A DNA stretch of 64,000 bases, taken from contig OY821645.1 in the NCBI GenBank assembly GCA_963682135.1, positions 2,048,001 through 2,112,000 on the forward strand, in the 5' to 3' direction. The notes beneath the pieces are model-generated. The model worked only from the letters and a program-made list of their open reading frames with translations, ran no database searches and had not been told where the DNA came from. Numbering within the stretch: position 1 is the first letter of the stretch; the number at the start of each line of letters is the position of its first letter. The DNA is from Methanothrix sp. GTDB lineage: Archaea > Halobacteriota > Methanosarcinia > Methanotrichales > Methanotrichaceae. Below are positions 49,526 to 58,201 of this stretch, one piece after another. The position numbers and the translations under genes are program-made.

Positions 49526-50248
49526 TCAGACGCAAGGCAGCCAGTCTACGCTGATGGAACCGCAGGTGGAGTTACCCCAGAGCTGGATGAACTTCTCGAT
49601 GGAGAAGACACCAGTCAGGTCCTCAACAGATCTGCCGTACTCAGCATGGCGGCCCTTGAGCTGTGGATCTGCAGTTGGATCGCGGGAGATCCAGCCGATG
49701 TGAGCGACGCCTATGACGTTGCTGTTCAGGTTAGCTTCGAGAACGCCTGTGCAGCAAGCCGGGACGTTAGTCAGAGTGTTTTTGTTGTATCCCCTGGTCT
49801 TGATCTCGGTGGTCTTTTGCAGGTGCTCAGCATGAGTGTACATCTCAGTAAGCACAGCGCCTATCTTGTAGTTTTGCACGCAGAGCTTATCCACCCATTT
49901 CTGGTCGTAAGTGCCGGTCTGATATGAGACGGGCATGTACTCCAGCTCCTGCTCAGAGGTGAAGTTGATGTAGTCCATGGGATCTGACCCGGTCGGCCAA
50001 ACACAAGTTAAGTCCGCAGGTTGCCTCTCAGCTTCAAGCTCAATTCTAGAAGTGATGACATTCCCTGATCCGGACTGCTTTTCCACCAGCTTTTGCCCAT
50101 TAAAGCCGCTTTGCGTGGAAATGACAATCTCCAGGCTTCTGTACCCCACTCCTTTTACAGACGATTTCTCGTACATGTAATTGGCAGCGCCTGCCATGCC
50201 GACTAGTGCCATGACAATAACCGCTAGAACAATAAATTCTCTTTTCAA
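49526..50248 (-). CDS. Secreted Cys-containing beta-rich protein, probable sheath protein family (divergent copy A)
   Basis: TTG start after GAGGAGG. Signal peptide ending AGA-ANYMYEK. Close paralog of copies B-D. The sheath (MspA-like) assignment is inferred. Confidence 0.6.
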   Translation of the reverse strand: MKREFIVLAVIVMALVGMAGAANYMYEKSSVKGVGYRSLEIVISTQSGFNGQKLVEKQSGSGNVITSRIELEAERQPADLTCVWPTGSDPMDYINFTSEQELEYMPVSYQTGTYDQKWVDKLCVQNYKIGAVLTEMYTHAEHLQKTTEIKTRGYNKNTLTNVPACCTGVLEANLNSNVIGVAHIGWISRDPTADPQLKGRHAEYGRSVEDLTGVFSIEKFIQLWGNSTCGSISVDWLPCV

Positions 50249-50419
50249 TCCACAACAACCTCCTCTAGCCCGGGTACCCTTAATCAGGGCATTTTTTAAA
50301 AGTCCAGGCATTTACTCTCCAGATACCCTAGCACCCGAAGACGAATTATCTGGAGGCTATTTCAAGGTTTTGCTGCCATATTCCATAGATTCAATCGCGA
50401 AAAAAAGGAATGCTCATGC

Positions 50420-51598
50420 CTACTTGCCGAATGAATTAAGCCGGTCCACGAAATCGCTACATGAGCTACTTAAGCAGGGGCTGGCAAAGCTAGGACTGAT
50501 TGGCACCGGCACGTTAATGCTCGGTGCTTTCAGACAATCGCCCTCCTGACATGGCGACTTAGATTTTGCGACATCCCGGAAGAGTATTCTCCGATTGATC
50601 TCAAAGGACCCGAAATATTCCTCAAATTCCTTCAGATTTTTTTGTCCAGGGACCACCTGCTTGGCATCTATCAGGTAATATCCCGTAAAGTTATCTGCCG
50701 TCTTAAACTCAGCCGTCTTTTTTAGGGATCCGGTCTGATGCAGTGTAAAATCCTGATCCTTGAACTCCATCTGTGAAACATCATAGCTCTCCCGGACCTT
50801 GGCACCCACTCCACCAAAGACCGCAGAACTCTTGAAGTTCTCAGTTCCTACCAGTGCGTCTCCAAGAGAGACGGCATTATAGTTGTCAACTGCATCCTTT
50901 TCCTGAAAATTGGCATTTTTGCCCAATGCCTTATCCACCAGGTATTCGTTCTTTACCAGGGCATCCACGCTGCCGGAAAACAGCACACTCTTGGTGGACT
51001 TGATGCCGGAGTTCATGGACCGGAGGTCTTTGTCGATCTGAAACTGTCCCGAGCCGCTCACAGAGGTCTCTGAGGCGTAGTCGAATGACTGCACTTTAAA
51101 TTTAGCATCTCTTTGCCCAGAGCTGCGGCATTTGGCAGAGGCCTCCACTGCGAATCTGTACTCACCAGCTACAGCGTTCGTGTCCGGCGAAACTTGCAGG
51201 GACAAAAAACGAGAAACTCCTGCCGGAATGGTCACGGGAGTGCTCGTCCAGCTAAACCATTCAAACGGGCAGACCTTCGGATTGACACTTACTTGTGCCT
51301 CCACTTCAGTCTTGCCGTCGTTACTTATCGTAACCACATAGTCCAGTGGTTTGCCCGGAGTCGTATATGATTTATCAGGCTCCGACTCAGGTCCAGTAAG
51401 GCCGATGCTTACAGTAAGGGCCCCAAAATCGCCCGAACATGGGCTGGGTAGAAATGCAGGCAAAGAGGTGGATGTGAAACTGGTCCCAAGGCCAGTCGAT
51501 GCTTCACCAGGTGCCATGCCTGAATCCTCAACTGTGGCTTGTGCCAGGGCTGCGGTAAGGATGAAAAGAATCATTACCCAAATCATCTGTAGTTTCAT
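50420..51598 (-). CDS. Secreted protein: Ig-like domain plus distant sheath-family domain
   Basis: Signal peptide and an Ig-like segment (PGKPLDYVVTISNDG...AGEYRFAVEA). The C-terminal half shares VSGSG, GGVGAKVRE, GSFEINRRI and PCQEGDC with 51653..52447. Confidence 0.7.
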   Translation of the reverse strand: MKLQMIWVMILFILTAALAQATVEDSGMAPGEASTGLGTSFTSTSLPAFLPSPCSGDFGALTVSIGLTGPESEPDKSYTTPGKPLDYVVTISNDGKTEVEAQVSVNPKVCPFEWFSWTSTPVTIPAGVSRFLSLQVSPDTNAVAGEYRFAVEASAKCRSSGQRDAKFKVQSFDYASETSVSGSGQFQIDKDLRSMNSGIKSTKSVLFSGSVDALVKNEYLVDKALGKNANFQEKDAVDNYNAVSLGDALVGTENFKSSAVFGGVGAKVRESYDVSQMEFKDQDFTLHQTGSLKKTAEFKTADNFTGYYLIDAKQVVPGQKNLKEFEEYFGSFEINRRILFRDVAKSKSPCQEGDCLKAPSINVPVPISPSFASPCLSSSCSDFVDRLNSFGK

Positions 51599-51652
51599 GC
51601 GAACCCCCCGAAATATTACTGAAAAAAAAGAAGAACTGTAGGCTATTTCAGC

Positions 51653-52447
51653 CTAGCAGTCGATGCCTTCGCACGGTGCGCGAATTCTATCCGGCACCGG
51701 GTTCTCATGGAACTTAATGGTCTTCTCGGCTTCGAACACACCCGTGAACATCTCGTGAGCCTTTATGTCCTTGTAGAATATCTTGTGCCAGGTTGCGTCG
51801 GTGCCCCAGGTACCATTGAAGGAGTTCTTGGTCTCGAGACCAATCAGATGGGACGGAACATATACCCCATTGCTGGCAGTCATGAGATCCTGGACTGCAG
51901 CTGTGTCTCGGCCTGCACTCTTGAGCAAGCCCGGCAGATCCTCAGGTTTGCCGTAGGGTGTCTCATAAGGCGTGGTTGAGGCAAAGAACGCAGTCTGATC
52001 CTGTTCCATCTCATTTACAGAGAAGAGTTCCTGCACATTGGCGCCAATGCCTCCGTAGAAGGCCTTGGAGTTGAGGAGCTTTCCACCGGTCAAGGGGGTC
52101 TCGCCCGCATAGGTCAACTTCGTCTGCTGGATGAGATTAAGTGCGGATTCATTTCCACCATTTACAGAGGACACATTCCTCTTCAGCTTATCGGCATTCT
52201 GAGAATATGCGGTCTCCTGGTCCAGCTCGAGATCTCCGTCACCATTCATGGTGTTGAAATACTCAAGGGCGATTTTTTTGTCGATTACCGATGTGCTGAC
52301 ATCGATAATTCCCGTTCCGGATACCTTATGTGATTCACAAAACTGTTCATACTGTACAGGTGGAACTATGGGCGGATTGGCCATCACAGTACCACTTAGC
52401 CCCAAAAGGGCAATTGCGAGTACTACTACTCCTACTACTCCCTTCAT
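51653..52447 (-). CDS. Secreted protein, distant member of the same family
   Basis: Signal peptide. IGANVQELF and TGVFEAEKTI align by eye with IGAVLTEMY and TGVFSIEKFI of copies A-D. C-terminal Cys pair. Confidence 0.75.
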   Translation of the reverse strand: MKGVVGVVVLAIALLGLSGTVMANPPIVPPVQYEQFCESHKVSGTGIIDVSTSVIDKKIALEYFNTMNGDGDLELDQETAYSQNADKLKRNVSSVNGGNESALNLIQQTKLTYAGETPLTGGKLLNSKAFYGGIGANVQELFSVNEMEQDQTAFFASTTPYETPYGKPEDLPGLLKSAGRDTAAVQDLMTASNGVYVPSHLIGLETKNSFNGTWGTDATWHKIFYKDIKAHEMFTGVFEAEKTIKFHENPVPDRIRAPCEGIDC

Positions 52448-52704
52448 GCTACATTCACCCCCGATGTTAATGCAACAAATTGTTATCCCTTTTATATTAG
52501 ATTGCGTTATCGTTTTTGTTGTACGATTATCTAACTACAGAAATACTCTGACGTTTTTATTTGATATAAATCTATCTGTTATTTGCACCAGAAAAAGCAG
52601 ATCCGCACTCAAGGTGGCACAGAGGTATCTTACCTGAAGCCGGATTTTGCATCCTGGGAGGAAAATCCTGCGCAGCATATCTAAAAAAAGTATAATTGAT
52701 CAAT

Positions 52705-52800
52705 ACACACGCAGGGCAGCTAGTCAACACCAATTGAGCAGCTTGTAGAGTTGGCTGAGGGCAGTATGGACTTATCGAGAACACCGGTGCAGCAGGCAGA
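52705..52800 (-). pseudogene. Collapsed relic of a further family copy
   Basis: Minus strand reads ACCTGVL, then jumps to NSTSCSIGVD*LPCV (TGG to TAG) against the intact NSTCGAISVDWLPCV. Confidence 0.75.
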
Positions 52801-52890
52801 ACGGCTTTGCGTCTCAGCTTCAAGCGGTCAAAATTCGGCCTGAGTGAAAATGATCCGCGCGACAGGAACAATTCAAAAATAGAAATTTGT

Positions 52891-52915
52891 GCTCCTGGCC
52901 TTTCGAGCCCGAAGC
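52891..52915 (-). terminator. 3' hairpin of copy B
   Basis: Minus strand GCTTCGGGCTCGAAAGGCCAGGAGC followed by a T-rich tract. Confidence 0.55.
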
Positions 52916-52950
52916 CCAAATATCAAATGAGTTACAGTTTCTGGATCTAT

Positions 52951-53727
52951 CTACACGCAGGGCAGCCAGTCAACGCTGATTGCGCCGCATGTGGAGTTGC
53001 CCCAGAGCTGGATGAACTTCTCGATGGAGAAGACGCCAGTCAGGTCCTCGACAGATCTGCCGTACTCAGCATGGCGGCCCTTGAGCTGGTCATCAGCCTT
53101 GGGATCGCGGGAGATCCAGCCGATGTGGGCAACGCCGATGACGTTGCTGTTCAGGTTAGCCTCGAGAACACCGGTGCAGCAAGCCGGGCAGCTTCCGTCG
53201 ACGCTATTTGCGGACATGTTGCCGTAGCCTCTGGTCTTGACCTCGGTGGTCTTCTGCAGGTGCTCTGCATGGGTGTACATCTCAGTGAGTACAGCGCCGA
53301 TTCTGTAGTTCTGTACGCACAGCTTCTCTACCCACTTCTGGTCGTAGGTGCCGGTCTGGTAAGATACGGGCATGTACTCGAACTCAGCTTCCTTGGTGAA
53401 GTTGATGTAGTCCATGGGGCATGCGGTGCCGGTTGGCCAGGCACAGTTAATAACCCACTTTCCGTTAACCCAGCCGATTGGGGTGTAGTCCCTGTTGAGC
53501 TGCCTCTCGGCTTCCAGCTCAGTCCTCTCGGTGATGACGTTACCGGATCCGGACTCCTTCTCTACCAGCTTCTGGCCGTTAAAGCCAGTCTGGGTGGAAA
53601 TGATCATCTCTACGTTCTTGTATCCTACGCCCTTGACCGATGCCTTTTCGTACATGTAGTTGGCTGCACCGGCAGTGGCTACTACGGCCATGGCGATAAT
53701 AACCAAAACTGCTATTAGTTTTCTCAT
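52951..53727 (-). CDS. Probable major sheath protein (copy B, 258 aa)
   Basis: GGAGGTG RBS, signal peptide, 8 Cys, alternating beta-strand pattern, strong codon bias. True start is MRKLIAV, not the ORF-track start at 53952. Confidence 0.6.
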   Translation of the reverse strand: MRKLIAVLVIIAMAVVATAGAANYMYEKASVKGVGYKNVEMIISTQTGFNGQKLVEKESGSGNVITERTELEAERQLNRDYTPIGWVNGKWVINCAWPTGTACPMDYINFTKEAEFEYMPVSYQTGTYDQKWVEKLCVQNYRIGAVLTEMYTHAEHLQKTTEVKTRGYGNMSANSVDGSCPACCTGVLEANLNSNVIGVAHIGWISRDPKADDQLKGRHAEYGRSVEDLTGVFSIEKFIQLWGNSTCGAISVDWLPCV

Positions 53728-53959
53728 TTCTTTCCCACCTCCACTATATGAGGATCCAAGGCTGCTATTCAACAGCAACAAATGATCCATTAGTACATCA
53801 CTCTGATCGGATCGCAAAGTCCCTCCTCGATTACACGGGATCGTTTCATCAGAAGGATGAAACCGCTCGATTTCAGCCTTGCATTTAGCATAGGCGGAAA
53901 GTGCGTCAAATGCCACCCTATCCAGCGTGAGGCGCCCCATCCAATGATTCAATTAGATT

Positions 53960-54015
53960 GTATTTCTAAGGCACAATCCTTTTGGTTGGGTTAATAGGAT
54001 ATAAACTTATCGAGC
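53960..54015 (-). promoter_or_regulatory. Promoter of copy B
   Basis: Minus strand CGATAAGTTTATA then about 25 nt to TTGTGCCT; same layout upstream of copies C and D. Confidence 0.65.
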
Positions 54016-54207
54016 ATGAAAAAGGCAACTTTTTTTAGAATATATGTGCACCCATTGCTTGTTTTCAACAATTGCAGGACAAGACTTCCCTTGATCCGAA
54101 AATCTCGGCCTTTAATAGTATCTATTAAATGTGATCGCATTTGAGGCAATAGCACCCAAACATCCAATATTTTAAAATCTCAAAAAGATAAATAAATACA
54201 AACTAAA

Positions 54208-54230
54208 CTCCGGGTTTTGTGAGCCCGGAG
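54208..54230 (-). terminator. 3' hairpin of copy C
   Basis: CTCCGGG...CCCGGAG stem followed on the minus strand by a T-rich tract. Confidence 0.7.
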
Positions 54231-54268
54231 CTTAGGCTTTTGTAGTGTTGTACTGAATTTTGGCCTAT

Positions 54269-55045
54269 CTACACGCAGGGCAGCCAGTCAACGCTGATTG
54301 CGCCGCATGTGGAGTTGCCCCAGAGCTGGATGAACTTCTCGATGGAGAAGACGCCAGTCAGGTCCTCGACAGATCTGCCGTACTCAGCATGGCGGCCCTT
54401 GAGCTGGTCATCAGCCTTGGGATCGCGGGAGATCCAGCCGATGTGGGCAACGCCGATGACGTTGCTGTTCAGGTTAGCCTCGAGAACACCGGTGCAGCAA
54501 GCCGGGCAGCTTCCGTCGACGCTATTTGTGGACATGTTGCCGTAGCCTCTGGTCTTGACCTCGGTGGTCTTCTGCAGGTGCTCTGCATGGGTGTACATCT
54601 CAGTGAGTACAGCGCCGATTCTGTAGTTCTGTACGCACAGCTTCTCTACCCACTTCTGGTCGTAGGTGCCGGTCTGGTAAGATACGGGCATGTACTCGAA
54701 CTCAGCTTCCTTGGTGAAGTTGATGTAGTCCATGGGGCATGCTCTGCCGGTTGGCCAGGCACAGTTAATAACCCACTTTCCGTTAACCCAGCCGATTGGG
54801 GTGTAGTCCCTGTTGAGCTGCCTCTCGGCTTCCAGCTCAGTCCTCTCGGTGATGACGTTACCGGATCCGGACTCCTTCTCTACCAGCTTCTGGCCGTTAA
54901 AGCCAGTCTGGGTGGAAATAATCATCTCTACGTTCTTGTATCCTACGCCCTTGACCGATGCCTTTTCGTACATGTAGTTGGCTGCACCGGCAGTGGCTAC
55001 TACGGCCATGGCGATAATAACCAAAACTGCTATTAGTTTTCTCAT
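54269..55045 (-). CDS. Probable major sheath protein (copy C, 258 aa)
   Basis: Near-identical to copy B, with 2 amino-acid differences. Confidence 0.6.
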   Translation of the reverse strand: MRKLIAVLVIIAMAVVATAGAANYMYEKASVKGVGYKNVEMIISTQTGFNGQKLVEKESGSGNVITERTELEAERQLNRDYTPIGWVNGKWVINCAWPTGRACPMDYINFTKEAEFEYMPVSYQTGTYDQKWVEKLCVQNYRIGAVLTEMYTHAEHLQKTTEVKTRGYGNMSTNSVDGSCPACCTGVLEANLNSNVIGVAHIGWISRDPKADDQLKGRHAEYGRSVEDLTGVFSIEKFIQLWGNSTCGAISVDWLPCV

Positions 55046-55215
55046 TTCGTTCCCTCCTTATTCATTAGGATCGAGAGCTGATAAAAAGCAATGATCCCTA
55101 ATGCATCACCTCGATAGGACAGCAGAGTTCATTATAGCACCTGAAAGATAATTTGTATGCTATCCAATCCAACGTGAGATGCCTGAACCCATGTATCTGA
55201 TCGGGCAATTTATAA

Positions 55216-55271
55216 CATTTCTCAGGCACAAACTCTAGCAATTAGGCTAATGACATATAAATTTATCGAGC
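55216..55271 (-). promoter_or_regulatory. Promoter of copy C
   Basis: Minus strand CGATAAATTTATA ... TTGTGCCTGAGAAAT. Confidence 0.65.
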
Positions 55272-55360
55272 GAGAACTGGTTTTCGACAATGCGGATAAG
55301 CCAAAAAGGCACACCGCTATTTGAATAGTATTTGACGAAAAACAGCCAAAAATATAATTT

Positions 55361-55388
55361 GGACTCCGGGCCTTTGGAGCCCGAATCC
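55361..55388 (-). terminator. 3' hairpin of copy D
   Basis: Minus strand GGATTCGGGCTCCAAAGGCCCGGAGTCC followed by an AT/T-rich tract. Confidence 0.65.
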
Positions 55389-55419
55389 AAGATCAATTAT
55401 GTTACAGTTCTTGATCTAT

Positions 55420-56211
55420 CTACACGCAGGGCAGCCAGTCAACGCTGATTGCGCCGCATGTGGAGTTGCCCCAGAGCTGGATGAACTTCTCGATGGAGAA
55501 GACGCCAGTCAGGTCCTCGACAGATCTGCCGTACTCAGCATGGCGGCCCTTGAGCTGGTCATCAGCGTTTGGATCGCGGGAGATCCAGCCGATGTGGGCA
55601 ACGCCGATAACGTTGCTGTTCAGGTTAGCCTCGAGAACACCGGTGCAGCAGGCTGGGCAGCTTCCATCAATAGCATCTGTGGAGCTGGTATCAAACTTGC
55701 CGTAGCCTCTGGTCTTGACCTCGGTGGTCTTCTGCAGGTGCTCAGCGTGGGTGTACATCTCAGTGAGTACAGCGCCGATTCTGTAGTTCTGTACGCACAG
55801 CTTCTCTACCCACTTCTGGTCGTAGGTGCCGGTCTGGTAAGATACGGGCATGTACTCGAACTCAGCTTCCTTGGTGAAGTTGATGTAGTCCATGGGGCAT
55901 GCTCTGCCAGTTGGCCAGGCGCAGCTGATATCGTACGTTTTAGTCTTAGCATTCCAGCCAATCGGGGTGTAGTCCCTGTTGAGCTGCCTCTCGGCTTCCA
56001 GCTCAGTCCTCTCGGTGATGACGTTGCCGGATCCGGACTCCTTCTCTACCAGCTTCTGGCCGTTAAAGCCAGTCTGGGTGGAAATGATCATCTCTACATT
56101 CTTGTATCCTACGCCCTTGACCGATGCCTTTTCGTACATATAGTTGGCTGCACCGGCCATGCCTACTACGGCCATGGCGATAATAACCAAAACAGCTATT
56201 AGTTTTCTCAT
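55420..56211 (-). CDS. Probable major sheath protein (copy D, 263 aa)
   Basis: Almost identical to copies B and C except for two variable loops. Confidence 0.6.
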   Translation of the reverse strand: MRKLIAVLVIIAMAVVGMAGAANYMYEKASVKGVGYKNVEMIISTQTGFNGQKLVEKESGSGNVITERTELEAERQLNRDYTPIGWNAKTKTYDISCAWPTGRACPMDYINFTKEAEFEYMPVSYQTGTYDQKWVEKLCVQNYRIGAVLTEMYTHAEHLQKTTEVKTRGYGKFDTSSTDAIDGSCPACCTGVLEANLNSNVIGVAHIGWISRDPNADDQLKGRHAEYGRSVEDLTGVFSIEKFIQLWGNSTCGAISVDWLPCV

Positions 56212-56402
56212 TTCTTTCCCACCTCCTTAGATTACCATAAACGCTTCAGGATCTCAGCCATCAGTTGTGGCCCAAATCCCTGGCACCACGTTGACAAAGA
56301 TTTCCTGGCCCTTGCCCAGGGCATTGACCCGGCAAGAACCAACGTATTGGAACTCTGTCACGAGGAGTACCTGACTCACATGCTTCTCCGCTCATATTTG
56401 AG

Positions 56403-56458
56403 TATTTTGCTCAGGCACAACCCCAATCAACCAGCTTATGGAGTATAAATATTTCCGG
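56403..56458 (-). promoter_or_regulatory. Promoter of copy D
   Basis: Minus strand GGAAATATTTATA ... TTGTGCCTGAG. Confidence 0.6.
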
Positions 56459-56767
56459 ATTTTTGGAGAAAATCGAGATCAATCGATCCACCCAATGTGA
56501 GTTCGGAAACCATGCGCCAACTAGCATGTCCTTTTAGGCTGGCAATTGCGACCCTACAAGAAGTCGCGCCGCATTCGACCGGTTGACTTCAGACGGAAGA
56601 TGCCGCAAGTTCACAATCAGATGCTAATGCCCCAAAACCTAGGTATCCGACAAAGATCAATGCTTTGGGCCAGTTTTTTTGGCTTGGTCGGCGAGGCTTG
56701 CGATAACAAGAACACGAACCTAAGAGAAATCAAGTAGGCATCCGGAGAAAAATCGTTGACAATAGAA

Positions 56768-56842
56768 TGCTCCGGCCGGGATTTGAACCCGAGTCTTCGG
56801 CTTGAAAGGCCGAAATGATTGGCCGGGCTACACTACCGGAGC
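56768..56842 (-). tRNA. tRNA-Glu(TTC)
   Basis: GCTCCGG acceptor stem, anticodon arm TCGGC-CT-TTC-AA-GCCGA, T arm GGGTTCAAATCCC. Confidence 0.96.
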
Positions 56843-56940
56843 AATTTTGCCGTCTTAAAGCCAGGCAAGCCATGCACTGGCCTTCACCTCATAGATATGA
56901 ACGAATATATCTACGTTTCCAATGGATTATAAGTTGGAAG

Positions 56941-57013
56941 TAGTCCCGGGCGGATTCGAACCGCCGTCGCGGGCTCCAAAGGCCCTCAGGATTGACCGCT
57001 ACCCCACGGGACT
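56941..57013 (-). tRNA. tRNA-Gln(TTG)
   Basis: AGTCCCG acceptor stem, anticodon arm GGGC-CT-TTG-GA-GCCC, T arm GGTTCGAATCC. Confidence 0.96.
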
Positions 57014-57125
57014 ATGATTTTTGTGCCATTTCTTTGTTTCTTCTTAACTGGCATCAACTGATTTTATGCCGGGCGAGTGTTATCCGCATAAGATATATAT
57101 GGCCTTTCCCGGAGGAGCAAAGAAG

Positions 57126-58118
57126 ATGAAACTTCTCACCAAGGCGCATATGAGCCAGAGAAGGCTAATTGAGATCCTGCGCGTTATCGAAAATACCAGC
57201 ATCCCGATTGGAGCCAGAGCGATCTCAGATTGCCTGAGCAGTCGTGGATATGACTTGGGAGAGAGGGCTGTGCGCTACAACCTCAAGATCCTGGACGAGC
57301 TGGGTTTCACCAAAAAGAAAGGTTACAGCGGCAGGGTGCTCACCCCTCTGGGGTCAAGGGAGCTGAACGACGCACTGGTCGACGATCGGATCGGTTTTGT
57401 TAATACCAGGATTGAAGAGTACATGTTCAAGACCAGCTTCGATCCGAAAACCAGTCAAGGTGATGTAATCGCTAATACCAGCATCATAGATAAATCAAAT
57501 GCGGAAGAGGTCTTCGAGATACTGGGGAACGCTTTTGAAGCTGGCTATTCAATAAGCCGTCGCGTGCTCATCCTGGATGAGGAAGAAAGCATCTCCAATC
57601 TTGAGATTCCAAAAGGAGCTTTGGGAATAGCAACCCTGTGCAGCATCACTCTGGACGGCATGCTCATGAAAAGGGGGATTCCAGTCCTCACCAGCTTCGC
57701 GGGGCTGGCAGAAGTCACCGAAAGACGAACCGTTGATTTCACAGACCTCATTGCCTATGCCGGATCGTCCCTTGATCCCATTAAGGTTTTTATGGGGCGC
57801 AGGGTGACGAGAGTTGCTGATGCCATCTTCAAGGGTAACGGAACCGTACTGGCCAACGTGAGAGAGGTGCCCGTCGCGGCGGCAACGCTTGTACGCGCGC
57901 TTTTGGATGATGCTCGAAACGCGGGCCTGTGTGGGCTCATAAGAATTGGTGAGCCGTCCGAGCCCGTGCTGGGCTGCCCTGTGGGCTCAGGTAAGATCGG
58001 CATAGCATTTTATGCGGGAGTCAATGGGGTGGTGGCGGCAGAGGAGACGGGAATAAAGATTAAGACGGCGCCCATATCCATTCTGATCGATTACGCCAAG
58101 ACCCATGAGCTGAAATGA
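57126..58118 (+). CDS. nrpR: NrpR-family nitrogen regulator (wHTH plus DUF128 domain, NrpRI-like)
   Basis: IEILRVI...PIGARAI...GERAVRYNL..LDELGFT, TLCSITLDG, YAGSSLDP, ANVRE. Confidence 0.88.
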   Translation: MKLLTKAHMSQRRLIEILRVIENTSIPIGARAISDCLSSRGYDLGERAVRYNLKILDELGFTKKKGYSGRVLTPLGSRELNDALVDDRIGFVNTRIEEYMFKTSFDPKTSQGDVIANTSIIDKSNAEEVFEILGNAFEAGYSISRRVLILDEEESISNLEIPKGALGIATLCSITLDGMLMKRGIPVLTSFAGLAEVTERRTVDFTDLIAYAGSSLDPIKVFMGRRVTRVADAIFKGNGTVLANVREVPVAAATLVRALLDDARNAGLCGLIRIGEPSEPVLGCPVGSGKIGIAFYAGVNGVVAAEETGIKIKTAPISILIDYAKTHELK

Positions 58119-58201
58119 TTGAGTGCGCCGGTCAAGATAAGGTTTTATAGAGCATCAATCTGTAGAGACACAGTTACGTTTGCATTTGATGAGGAAGAAA
58201 G

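Noticed and set aside
53728-53952. 75-aa N-terminal extension of copy B
   Set aside because: Paralogs start at MRKLIAV with a strong RBS; this region is better read as leader sequence.
52807-56202. Long plus-strand ORFs (303, 258, 267 aa) antisense to the array genes
   Set aside because: They mirror the sense genes codon for codon, an expected by-product of strong codon bias. They have no RBS or protein-like features and repeat only because the sense genes repeat.
49526-56211. Diversity-generating retroelement or CRISPR explanation for the repeats
   Set aside because: The repeats are whole genes. There is no reverse transcriptase, no adenine-specific variation and no repeat-spacer periodicity.
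56546-56737. 63-aa ORF between the array and tRNA-Glu
   Set aside because: TTG start, no RBS and no recognisable features.
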